From an uncultured archaeon (GTDB lineage: Archaea; Aenigmatarchaeota; Aenigmatarchaeia; QMZP01), in NCBI GenBank assembly GCA_964484305.1, contig CAZAEI010000003.1, positions 4,672-68,671 on the forward strand: a stretch of DNA of 64,000 bases, given 5' to 3'. The position numbers and the translations under genes were made by a program. Shown here one piece after another: positions 16,161-25,441 of this stretch; position 1 is the stretch's first letter, and each line of letters begins with the position of its first letter. The notes beneath the pieces were generated by a model that was given only the letters and a program-made list of their open reading frames with translations, had not been told where the DNA came from and did no database searches.

Positions 16161-16790
16161 TCAGGCAACAAGCTTCTTTACGTCTTCGTCGCTAAGCATT
16201 TTATAGCCGCGGGAATCTATAACAACGATATCGATTCCGTCCCCGCCTGATGCGATGTCCCTCTTGGTGGCTGCTCTCACCGCGCGTGCCACCAGCTTCT
16301 TGGCATCCTCCACCGGCATGCCTGGCCTGAACTTGTCCTCCAGGACCCCGAAGGCCATCACAGAGCCGGAGCCTGTGGAGAAATACTCCTTCTCATCTGA
16401 AAGCCCCCCTGAGGGGTCGAGGCTGTAGAGGCAGGGCTTGCTGTCGTACCCGCCTATCACGAGCTGGACTATGTAGGGATAGAACCTCCTGGAGTAGAGT
16501 ATGTTGGACACCAGCGCGGCAGCGCCCTTTACGCTGGCCTTGTCGCCCTCATTGAGTTCGAAGAGCCTGAGCTCGGCCTTGATGTATCTGACCAGGGCCT
16601 GGGCGTCCCCGACCACGCCTGCTGTGGTCACTGCGAGCCTGTCATCGAGCTGCAGTATCTTGGGGAAGTGCTTGCTGGACACCAGGTAACCCATGGTGGC
16701 CTTCCTGTCGGCCCCGAGCACAACAGCGCCGTCGGCAATGACGCCCACGGTGGTCGTTCCTGTTTCCATCTGCTTTGGTCTCTCTGCCAT
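16161..16790 (-). CDS. psmB: proteasome subunit beta
   Basis: 209 aa; propeptide then active-site TTTVGV: MAERPKQMETG|TTTVGVIADGAVVLGADRKATMG. Confidence 0.95.
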   Translation of the reverse strand: MAERPKQMETGTTTVGVIADGAVVLGADRKATMGYLVSSKHFPKILQLDDRLAVTTAGVVGDAQALVRYIKAELRLFELNEGDKASVKGAAALVSNILYSRRFYPYIVQLVIGGYDSKPCLYSLDPSGGLSDEKEYFSTGSGSVMAFGVLEDKFRPGMPVEDAKKLVARAVRAATKRDIASGGDGIDIVVIDSRGYKMLSDEDVKKLVA

Positions 16791-17005
16791 GTTATCCCTT
16801 CAGAACCAGCTTAAAGATATTGTGCAAAGGCTATTTATAAGCTTTATGGTTCCTTCCTCAACTAACTGAATATGAAGGCATTTTAAAATAAAAAATACAA
16901 GCAACGTCACTGAGAGCTTTATAAACCATTATTGTAACTATTAAATAGTCACAAAAATATGTGAGAGCTGAAAAGAATCATGGTTACAAAGGAGGTTTGA
17001 CTGCA

Positions 17006-18328
17006 ATGAAAACTACATATGAAGGGGATATAACCTATCGGAAGGCCAAGGAAGTCTTGATGGGAAATGCCATGCCAGAAGGAAATCCCATCGGGCTTAT
17101 TGCAGGTGATAGAGAAAGTTACAGAAATAATGTCTGGGGCAGGGACGGGCTTATATCTTGCCTTGCCATGAGCAATTCTGGAGATGAGGATTTAATCTAT
17201 CTGGCTGAAAAAACAATCGATACCTTGGCTGAAAAACAGTACAAGGACGGCCAGATACCAAACAAGGTTCCAGTCGACGGAAGTGAGCCAAGTTTTGGTA
17301 AAGCAGGATGTGTAGATGCCAGCCTTTGGTATCCTGTTGCTCTCTGGAACCACTACAAAAATACAGGGATAGCGAGTTTTCTTGAGAGAAACAGGCGAAG
17401 AGCCGAAGAGGCCATAAAATGGGCAAACTCCCTTGACCAGAACAATGACTATCTTATAGAAGCCAACGCCCGTTCGGACTGGCTTGACTTATATGGAAGA
17501 CCCGGAAGGGTTTTATACAACCAGATCTTGAACTTCATGGCGTTGAAATCCCTTTACAATATACAGGAAGAGATGAGTGAACCAAAGGTCATAAACTGGC
17601 CTTTGGGACCAGAGGAACTCCATGAAAGAATAGAGATGGTCAGGAAAAACATACAAAGGTTCTTGTGGCCAAAAGAAGATTATATCGAAGACATAGAAAA
17701 GGAATATGGATATAACCACTCATGGATACATCAGGATTTCCGTAAGGCTTTGGCTGAAAAAAAGGAACTGGAAAAAAGAGGGGAGGAGTATTTTCTGGCA
17801 GCTGTTGATTTTGATAGGGTCGACTGGAGGTTTGACACTATTGCAAACACTCTCGCAATCTTATCCGGGATAGCTGATGAGGAGCAGACATCCCATATAA
17901 TCGATTATATGAAAAACCATAGAATCTTAGAGCCATATCCTGCAAAATCATTAAACCCTCCTGTAACCCCAGAGGACCCTGAGTATAGATTAATCTTCCC
18001 AGACTCAGATTTTGAGTATTCAGATGAACCTGGACTGCATAAGGAAAGGACAACTCCGGGAAATTACCATAACGGTGGGATATGGCCTTGGGTAGGAGGG
18101 TATGCCGTTTTGGCAGAGGAAAGGGCAGGCGAAGATGTTTCCGAAGATATTGATAGCCTGGGAAGGCTGAATTCCATTTATGATTATGGATTTATAGAGT
18201 GGATAAATTCTAGGGGAGATGCTGAGGGTCCAAGGGGAACCACTCGCCAATCCTGGTCAGCAGCCAACTACATGCTTTTGCATCAAAAGATTTCAGGCAA
18301 AAATACAGTGTTTGATGATTTAATGTGA
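17006..18328 (+). CDS. (alpha/alpha)6-barrel glycoside hydrolase, amylo-alpha-1,6-glucosidase (GDE_C) / GH100 invertase-like
   Basis: NVWGRDGLISCLAMS, DASLWYPVALW, GNYHNGGIWPWVGGYA motifs. ATG at 17006 lies 10 nt after AAGGAGG; the ORF track starts at GTG 16961. Confidence 0.75.
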   Translation: MKTTYEGDITYRKAKEVLMGNAMPEGNPIGLIAGDRESYRNNVWGRDGLISCLAMSNSGDEDLIYLAEKTIDTLAEKQYKDGQIPNKVPVDGSEPSFGKAGCVDASLWYPVALWNHYKNTGIASFLERNRRRAEEAIKWANSLDQNNDYLIEANARSDWLDLYGRPGRVLYNQILNFMALKSLYNIQEEMSEPKVINWPLGPEELHERIEMVRKNIQRFLWPKEDYIEDIEKEYGYNHSWIHQDFRKALAEKKELEKRGEEYFLAAVDFDRVDWRFDTIANTLAILSGIADEEQTSHIIDYMKNHRILEPYPAKSLNPPVTPEDPEYRLIFPDSDFEYSDEPGLHKERTTPGNYHNGGIWPWVGGYAVLAEERAGEDVSEDIDSLGRLNSIYDYGFIEWINSRGDAEGPRGTTRQSWSAANYMLLHQKISGKNTVFDDLM

Positions 18329-18473
18329 AACAACTAAAAAACCTACACTTGTTCCACAACTACCGAATCAACTTTAAGTGCAGGTTATTAAGTTGATTCA
18401 GTATAAAATGACATCAGACCATAAATGGAATTTATAAATGATTAAATTTCAATATAGCTGGGGCGCTTAAGGC

Positions 18474-19664
18474 TTGAACATATGCATGGTTTACTGGTTT
18501 TATCCTCCTGTTATTGGAGGCACGGGTATATATCTCGAGAACCTGAGCAAGTATCTGGCAAAGAAAGGTACCAGAATTGAGTTACTAACAGGGCCTGTTA
18601 AGGGTGCAAGGAAAATACAGAGATTCGGCAGGTTAACAATCAGAAGAACCCCTTCCCTGAGCATTCATGGAAAAGAAGACCCCCAAAAGAGGGGATACGA
18701 GCTATTGGAATATCTTCAAGACATCATACAGGAGAAAGATATTTCCGTGGTTTCTGCCCAGAATTTTCACATAGGCATTTGCCCAGCACACACCCTTACC
18801 GTGAATTCTGCCTGCCTGAATACAGCGACTCCGCTGATAAACACAATGCACAACTATTGTGAAAGCAGGCTCGACAAGACCATGTTGGCTAATATGATGT
18901 GGAGTAAGGTGATTGGAACAACAAGAAACATGACAGAGCATGCCTATGAGGCAGGAGTTCCCATAGAAAAGATAAATTGCATATACAATGGGATAAGCAT
19001 AAAGAGGTTCCGGCCCGGCAAAAGCGACTCCTGGCTTCGCAATAAATACCACATCAAGGAGAGGGATTTTGTCATAGTCTGCCCGACCAAGCTCATAAGC
19101 CTTGATACAGGTGAACCCCTCTTTGAAAGAAAGGGTTTAATAACCCTGCTGAAGGCAGTCTCTATTGTCAACCAGGCAAAGAAGAATATAAAGCTTGTGA
19201 TTACGGGGGCGTCACCCAATCCGTTATTCATGCATGAGTACAGGGATGCAGTAAAGAAACTGAAGGACATGGCAAGGCTTTATGGAATCGGCAACAAGTT
19301 CATAATCACAGAAGGCGTCAAATCAAAATATATTCCGGCACTCTACAATGGTTCTGATTTGATGGTTCTTGCATCAAAAGATGAGCCGTTCGGCCTGGCA
19401 TACATAGAGGCAATGGCCTCTGGGCTGCCTGTAATAGGAGCAAGCAGCGGGGGCGTGCCTGAAATCATACAGAATGATGTAAATGGCTATCTGACCCCGG
19501 CAGATGACCATGTCGAGCTGGCAAAGAGAATCCTGTGGCTATTGAATGATAAGAAAAAGATGGAAAGATTTGGGGAAAACGGAAGAAAAGTGGCCGTTCA
19601 GAGGTTCTCCCTCAGAAGAATGGCAGAAGAGACAATGAAGGTATATGAGTCCGTTGTTAAATAA
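18474..19664 (+). CDS. GT4-family glycosyltransferase
   Basis: 396 aa; N-terminal MNICMVYWFYPPVIGG, C-terminal SKDEPFGLAYIEAMASGLPVIG (E-x7-E). Confidence 0.85.
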   Translation: MNICMVYWFYPPVIGGTGIYLENLSKYLAKKGTRIELLTGPVKGARKIQRFGRLTIRRTPSLSIHGKEDPQKRGYELLEYLQDIIQEKDISVVSAQNFHIGICPAHTLTVNSACLNTATPLINTMHNYCESRLDKTMLANMMWSKVIGTTRNMTEHAYEAGVPIEKINCIYNGISIKRFRPGKSDSWLRNKYHIKERDFVIVCPTKLISLDTGEPLFERKGLITLLKAVSIVNQAKKNIKLVITGASPNPLFMHEYRDAVKKLKDMARLYGIGNKFIITEGVKSKYIPALYNGSDLMVLASKDEPFGLAYIEAMASGLPVIGASSGGVPEIIQNDVNGYLTPADDHVELAKRILWLLNDKKKMERFGENGRKVAVQRFSLRRMAEETMKVYESVVK

Positions 19665-19696
19665 GGTTCATAATAAAAACATTACATATTATAAAT

Positions 19697-20836
19697 ATGT
19701 TTAATCACCACATGGGGGCTTTCCACTATTTGCCGTTCTTGAAAAAGCAGCTTAATGAAATATATATAGTTCATTCTCTTGATGCCTTCGTATTCTCTTT
19801 AATAGGTATTTTCGTTCCAATTTATTTGTTGACGTTGGGATATTCTGTCTCCCAAGTCTTAATATTCTATATAATAAAACAACTGGCCGTATGTGTTTTT
19901 TCATTCCTTGCCGGATACGTCTCCAATCATTTTGGTCTAAAGCACACCATGCTGATGAGGTTTCCTGTCGTATCAGCCTTTTTGATAATGCTTTATTCAT
20001 TGGATTCAGTTGCCTTTCCTCTGACCCTGATTGCAGTATTGGGAGGGTTTCAGACTGCTTTGTATTGGATGCCGTTGCATTCCCTCTTCTCCCGAAGTTC
20101 AGATAAGGTTCACATGGGCACTGAGGTAGGCAAATTGTATTCCTTTCCAAGGCTGGCAAGCGTTATAGCTCCTTTAATTGGCGGTTTCATAGCCATATTT
20201 TTCGGATTCAGTACCCTGTTCATTGTTGCGATGATATTTCTGGCTGTTTCGGTAATCCCTCTTTTCTATTCCTCTGAAGTCAAGCCACACGTCAATTTTC
20301 AGATTAAAAGGGGAACAATGATATTTAAGAGATATCCCAGATATTTTCTTGGCGTAGGTGTGAACCATCTGGGGGGAATTACAGAATCCGTTATCTGGCC
20401 CATCTTTGTATATCTGATTCTGGCAAACGTCTTATCCGTCGGGATGGTCGGTACCTTATTAAGTCTAGGAACAATTCTGTTTACCCTGATTTCCGGCAGA
20501 CTATCTGACATGTTTGACAGAAAGCGTATCATCAGAATCGGTGCAATGATTATGATTATGGTCTGGTTATTGAGATTCTTTGCCAGCACCGAGGCATCCT
20601 TTTATTTACTTACAGTCATGGCGGGCTTTTTTACAGTCCTGATCCTGGTTCCATTCACATCAGTAACCTACGGCCTTGCAAGGAGGGGCAATATTGACGA
20701 GTTCATAATATTCAGGGAGATGCCGGTTGCACTGGGTAGAGTATTTATCTTGTTGCTGGCTCTAATCTTTGTTAATCAATTGGGATTCACTTTTCTGTTC
20801 ACGGGCATCTCTCACCTTTTCCTAGTGCTCTTCTGA
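19697..20836 (+). CDS. MFS-type transporter (paralogue of 47901-49052)
   Basis: 379 aa, about 12 hydrophobic helices. The N-terminus aligns with the 47901-49052 product (LKKQLNEIY.../LKRELKEIY...). Confidence 0.8.
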   Translation: MFNHHMGAFHYLPFLKKQLNEIYIVHSLDAFVFSLIGIFVPIYLLTLGYSVSQVLIFYIIKQLAVCVFSFLAGYVSNHFGLKHTMLMRFPVVSAFLIMLYSLDSVAFPLTLIAVLGGFQTALYWMPLHSLFSRSSDKVHMGTEVGKLYSFPRLASVIAPLIGGFIAIFFGFSTLFIVAMIFLAVSVIPLFYSSEVKPHVNFQIKRGTMIFKRYPRYFLGVGVNHLGGITESVIWPIFVYLILANVLSVGMVGTLLSLGTILFTLISGRLSDMFDRKRIIRIGAMIMIMVWLLRFFASTEASFYLLTVMAGFFTVLILVPFTSVTYGLARRGNIDEFIIFREMPVALGRVFILLLALIFVNQLGFTFLFTGISHLFLVLF

Positions 20837-20841
20837 ATCCA

Positions 20842-22020
20842 TCACTTCTTAAACATGCCATTCAGCTTCAGGTAGATGGCGTTGGTCCAGCCAAAGCCTG
20901 GCTGGGTTGGGTATCTGTCCTGCTTGCCTACAGTGCATCTTACAACATTATACTTCTCCCAGAACTTACCCGTCTTTTCAAAAACCCTTTTGTTCATACC
21001 AAGCCATTTCATCGCTATCCTTTCAGCATCCATCTCGTAACCATATCTCAAGAGTCCCTGTATCACAATCCACTGCTGGTTTGGCCACCCGTTGGGATAG
21101 TCCCACTGCTTGAACTTCTTTGAAAGACCTTCTTTTTGCGTGTTCGCCAGGCCACCCTTGCATTCGAATTCTCTGAGGTTCCTTACCATCTTCTTTGCCA
21201 TATGCTCGGTGGTTATGCCTGCCCACATGGGATAATACCCCGCAAGTGAGTAGAATTTGCTTCTGAGCTTTCTTTTGTAGTTGTAATCAAAGAACAGGCC
21301 CCTCTTCTCGTTCCACATGAGCTTAATCATGTTCTTTTTTCTATTCCTTGTCATCCTTGCATATTTCCTTACCTTGACTGGATTCCCGAGAAGGGAATAT
21401 ATCTTCTTCAGGTCTGTCTCGTATTTGTATAGCAATGAATTGAGGTCAACCGGGAGGTAGTTAAGGCAGTTTTCCTTGTACCTCGATGTCATATCCCAGC
21501 CGGATTCGTGCTCTGCTGTCAGGTGTGTCAAGAAGTGGGAGGTATATCTTGAAAGGCCGTTGTAAACCAGGTGACCCTCCTTTGCATGATAGACCCTTGC
21601 CATCCAGTAGTCCCTGAGTTCTTCCTCAACAATCCTTGTCATCTTCCTGAGCCATACCCTGTCCTTTGTGGCTTCATAGATATCCAGAATCATTGATGTC
21701 AGAAATGGGGGCTGGGACAACCCCAGGTCATAGAACCTGTTCCTCGCAGGAATCACGCCGAACCTCATATAAAGGTAGGCGAAGTTCTCAACCATTCCCT
21801 TTGCAAGCCCTATTTTGCCAGATTCAATCAGTCCAAGGTTCTGGAAATAACTATCCCAGTACCAGATATCGTTTTTGTATCTTGTATGATTTGGTGAAAT
21901 AAACGGTTTCGGCAGGCCTATGCGGATGCCTGCATCCTTGGGTTGATAGCAAAGTGTCCTTTTCCAGTATCTTTTGATATAACTCAGTTCATTCATTACT
22001 ATAACATTCTTTCCCATCAT
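20842..22020 (-). CDS. trehalase (GH37 family)
   Basis: 392 aa; WYWDSYF, ESGWDMTSR, QWDYPNGWPNQQ, GFGWTN are hallmark GH37 trehalase motifs. Confidence 0.85.
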   Translation of the reverse strand: MMGKNVIVMNELSYIKRYWKRTLCYQPKDAGIRIGLPKPFISPNHTRYKNDIWYWDSYFQNLGLIESGKIGLAKGMVENFAYLYMRFGVIPARNRFYDLGLSQPPFLTSMILDIYEATKDRVWLRKMTRIVEEELRDYWMARVYHAKEGHLVYNGLSRYTSHFLTHLTAEHESGWDMTSRYKENCLNYLPVDLNSLLYKYETDLKKIYSLLGNPVKVRKYARMTRNRKKNMIKLMWNEKRGLFFDYNYKRKLRSKFYSLAGYYPMWAGITTEHMAKKMVRNLREFECKGGLANTQKEGLSKKFKQWDYPNGWPNQQWIVIQGLLRYGYEMDAERIAMKWLGMNKRVFEKTGKFWEKYNVVRCTVGKQDRYPTQPGFGWTNAIYLKLNGMFKK

Positions 22021-22394
22021 TTATATTTCTAGTTTTCAGAACTCAAACCCGACGATCCAGAAAACTTTATATATCACAAATGGAATAATATATCACTTGG
22101 TTGGGGAACCAGGTATAGAACCCGATTGCACTGATATGGAAACCAGAAACAGTAGGCCACAACTCAATTGGGGAATTGAGTTTGCCTGATGAACATGGGG
22201 AATTTTTCTTATTCTGAAGAATCTTAAATAAAATAGGAAAGGGTGTTTAAAAAAGATTTCGATACCCGAATACAACCTTTGAAATGAATACATCAGAGAA
22301 TACATATCGGGTTTCGGGGGCATGTGGCATAAAGGGCTCGCATCATGCCGAAAATCAGGCCCTTTCCTTTCAAAACAAATCAGGAGGGAAGGAA

Positions 22395-23630
22395 ATGGAA
22401 TCATTAGTTCAGGAGGTTTTTGAAAGAAGCTTCAGGGAGAACAAGGAAAAGGAAACACAGGAACCGGCAAAGCAGGAGCCGTTCCAGTCAGGGCCTGTGC
22501 AGGAAGCCCCTGTTCAGCAGCCCGTACAGGAGGATACCCCGGACGACAAGCCGGTTTATTCGGTGTTCTCCCCGTCCGAGGACACCGCAAAGAGCATCCA
22601 GGACGAGTTCGGGCTTGATGTGAAGGAGGCAAAAATCGTAATCCTCGGGCTGGGCGGTGCCGGAAACAACTGCATAACCAGGCTTACCGAGATGGGGGTC
22701 GAGGGGGCCTCAACCATAGCAGTCAACACCGATGTGAAGCACCTCTCAGTCTCAAAGTCCGACAGCAAGCTGCTCGTGGGAAGGGACCTGACCAGGGGCC
22801 TCGGGGCGGGGGGCTATCCCGATGTCGGAAAGCGCGCCGTGGAGGAGTCAGAGAAGGAACTCAAGAAGGCCCTTGAGGGCACGGACATGATATACCTCGT
22901 GGCCGGCCTTGGAGGCGGAACAGGAACAGGAGGCGCCCCTACCATTGCAAGGATAGCCAAGGAGATGGGCTGCATCGTGATAGGCTGCACCACCATGCCC
23001 TTCAAGATTGAGGGCGCCCGGATAGGCAAGGCCGAGGACGGGCTCTACCAGCTGAGGCAGGTCTGCGACACCGTTATAGTGATAGAGAACGACAGGCTCC
23101 TCAAGATAGCAGGCGACCTCCCGCTCCAGCAGGCATTCGGGGTGGCGGACAACCTCATCTCAACAATAATAAAGGGAGTGACAGAGACCATAGCGACGCC
23201 TAGCCTCGTGAATCTGGACTATGCGGATGTCAAGACCATCATGCACAGCGGCGGCGTGGCGGCAGTAGGGTTTGGCGAGTCAGACACCAAGAACAGGGCC
23301 GAGGAGGCTGTGGTGAAGGCCATGAGCAACCCGCTCCTCGAGGTCAACTACGACGGCGGCACAGGGGCCCTTCTGCACATCACGGGCGGCCCTGACCTCA
23401 AGCTGGACGAGGTCAACATGATTGGGGAGTATGTCTCCAAGCAGCTTGACCCGGACGCCCAGGTTATCTGGGGGGCCAGGATAAACCCCGACTTCAAGGG
23501 CAAACTGAGGGTGATAACCATAATAACAGGCGTCAAGTCACCCTACATACTGGGGCCGGTGGCAAGGGAAGAGCCAGCCAAGAGGGACTTCTCCCAGGAA
23601 CTCGGCATCCCGATTGTCACACGGGCCTAG
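22395..23630 (+). CDS. ftsZ: cell division GTPase FtsZ with Gln/Pro-rich N-terminal extension
   Basis: GLGGAGNNCITRL and GLGGGTGTGGAPTIARIAKE tubulin signatures. ATG at 22395 follows AGGAGGG; the ORF track begins at 22284. Confidence 0.95.
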   Translation: MESLVQEVFERSFRENKEKETQEPAKQEPFQSGPVQEAPVQQPVQEDTPDDKPVYSVFSPSEDTAKSIQDEFGLDVKEAKIVILGLGGAGNNCITRLTEMGVEGASTIAVNTDVKHLSVSKSDSKLLVGRDLTRGLGAGGYPDVGKRAVEESEKELKKALEGTDMIYLVAGLGGGTGTGGAPTIARIAKEMGCIVIGCTTMPFKIEGARIGKAEDGLYQLRQVCDTVIVIENDRLLKIAGDLPLQQAFGVADNLISTIIKGVTETIATPSLVNLDYADVKTIMHSGGVAAVGFGESDTKNRAEEAVVKAMSNPLLEVNYDGGTGALLHITGGPDLKLDEVNMIGEYVSKQLDPDAQVIWGARINPDFKGKLRVITIITGVKSPYILGPVAREEPAKRDFSQELGIPIVTRA

Positions 23631-23727
23631 GGAATCAGGCACGGCTGCGGCACGATAGCCGCAGCCCTCCCTCCTGATTTTGATAATCTTGTTTCTCAAG
23701 AATCATACAACTGGTTTGAGTGCCTCT

Positions 23728-23961
23728 TCATTCGCCCATGCTGCTAGTTTTGGAAGGAATTTGTGGCTCTTTGAGAGTAATATGATCCACAGGGGGCCCA
23801 AAATCATGCCCTCTTATCAGTTCAACTAAATGGTATTTGCAAGACCCTCTCCAGTTTTCATAACATGGTTCAACCACGCCTTTATCATCAAAGCTATCCC
23901 ATAACAAATCATAAACATTCTTTCTGTCACAACCCTCATACTCGCAGCGATGGTAGCTCAT
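23728..23961 (-). CDS. hypothetical small Cys/His-containing protein
   Basis: 77-aa ORF (HRCEYEGC...C...CKYH) in a locally AT-richer stretch; no family recognised. Confidence 0.4.
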   Translation of the reverse strand: MSYHRCEYEGCDRKNVYDLLWDSFDDKGVVEPCYENWRGSCKYHLVELIRGHDFGPPVDHITLKEPQIPSKTSSMGE

Positions 23962-23982
23962 ATTAATTGTTAGGGAAAAACT

Positions 23983-24732
23983 TTAAACCCACAGGAACGA
24001 AACCAGGTAGGCCAGGCCATAGAGGACCATGCCCACCACCATGTCTATCACTCCGAGAATAAGGGAGGCGAATCCCGCTATCAGGGCGAAGACCGGTGAC
24101 AGGACAATCAGGAGGACCACACACACCCCCAGCACAAGCACGCCCTTCATGGAGCGCTTTAAGTCATAGAAGAGGGCAAACATGCCCCCTGTCATGACCC
24201 CGGCCAGGTGTGCGATGTTCGCCACGTTCCGGGTGAGCTCGGCGAACTGCTCGGGCCTGAAATAGACTGCCAGGGTCTCGAATATGACGAAGGCTATGGC
24301 CACCACACCGAGGGGCAGCGGGAATATGTAGAGGTGTATCCTCTTTATGGGGTTGAGGAGCATGGCAGCACCCATGACCCCGAACACGCAGCCCGAGGCC
24401 CCGACCACCGGCATGGTTTCGGTGAACATGTAGACAAAGCTGCCCAGGAGGCCGCTGATGAAGTAGATGGAGAGGAACCACTGTCTGCTCACCTCCTTCT
24501 CAAGGACCTTGCCGAAGAAGAAGAGGCCCAGCATGTTGAAGAACAGGTGGGAGGCCGAGACGTGCATGAACAGGCTCGTGAACCACCGCCACACCTCGAG
24601 CTTGGTTGCCCATGAGAAGGAGAAGAGGTTGAATGCAGCCTCAGTGTTCGGGAGGCTGAACACCAGTATGAATACCAGTGTATTGATTATCATCAGGCCC
24701 CAGGTGAGGGGGTGCTCCTCGAAGCTGACCAT
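23983..24732 (-). CDS. rhomboid family intramembrane serine protease
   Basis: 249 aa, multi-TM; WRWFTSLFMH, catalytic GASGCVFGVMGA and HLAGVMTGG. Confidence 0.85.
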   Translation of the reverse strand: MVSFEEHPLTWGLMIINTLVFILVFSLPNTEAAFNLFSFSWATKLEVWRWFTSLFMHVSASHLFFNMLGLFFFGKVLEKEVSRQWFLSIYFISGLLGSFVYMFTETMPVVGASGCVFGVMGAAMLLNPIKRIHLYIFPLPLGVVAIAFVIFETLAVYFRPEQFAELTRNVANIAHLAGVMTGGMFALFYDLKRSMKGVLVLGVCVVLLIVLSPVFALIAGFASLILGVIDMVVGMVLYGLAYLVSFLWV

Positions 24733-24768
24733 CTTAAATTATATATGCCAGGGAATAAAAATATAGTC

Positions 24769-25431
24769 ATGAGGAAACTCCCTGAAGGGGAAACCGAGAG
24801 GCTTCTGAAGAAGTTCCGGATTCCCTACCCCAGGCACATCCTGGCCAGGACCGAGGAAGCCGCTGTCAAGGCGGCCGGGAAGATTGGCTTTCCTGTCGTG
24901 ATGAAGGTCTCCAGCCCTGACATAATCCACAAGACCGATGCCAAGTGCGTGATAATCAACATCAGGGACACGGGCTCGGCAAGGGCTGCCTACAGGCAGA
25001 TTCTCAGGAACGCGAGGAAATTCAAGCCCAGGCCCAGGGTTGAGGGTGTCTCGGTCTGCCAGATGGTTCCTTCAGGGACCAGGGAGGTCATAGTGGGAAG
25101 CAAGCAGGACCCCCAGTTCGGCCCTGTCCTGATGTTCGGCCTGGGAGGGATTTTTGTCGAGGTCCTCAGGGATGTCTCCTTCAGGCTCATACCCCTTGAA
25201 AGGAGGGATGCCAGGGAGATGCTCAGGGAAATCCGTGGCTTCAGAATCCTGGAGGGCGTGAGGGGCCAGAAGCCCGTGAACTTCAGGACCCTGGAGGACA
25301 CTGTAATGAAGGTCTCCAGAATGGTCTGGGCCAACTCGGGAAAGGGAAGGAAAATCCAGGAGCTGGATATCAACCCGCTCTTTGTTGACGAGAAGAGGGT
25401 CTGGGCGGCCGACGTGAGGGTGCTGGTCTGA
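24769..25431 (+). CDS. acdB: acetate-CoA ligase (ADP-forming) beta / ATP-grasp domain protein
   Basis: About 220 aa; KKFRIPYPRH...GFPVVMKVSSPDIIHKTDAKCV...ELDINPLF, typical of the ACD beta (ATP-grasp_5) domain. Start chosen to avoid overlap with the rhomboid gene. Confidence 0.8.
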   Translation: MRKLPEGETERLLKKFRIPYPRHILARTEEAAVKAAGKIGFPVVMKVSSPDIIHKTDAKCVIINIRDTGSARAAYRQILRNARKFKPRPRVEGVSVCQMVPSGTREVIVGSKQDPQFGPVLMFGLGGIFVEVLRDVSFRLIPLERRDAREMLREIRGFRILEGVRGQKPVNFRTLEDTVMKVSRMVWANSGKGRKIQELDINPLFVDEKRVWAADVRVLV

Positions 25432-25441
25432 TAATTAATAT

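Noticed and set aside
22096-22176. tRNA-like look of ttggggaacc...caattggggaa upstream of ftsZ
   Set aside because: The two ttggggaa copies are direct repeats, not complementary. No acceptor stem forms and there is no GTTCRANYC T-loop, so no cloverleaf can be built on either strand.
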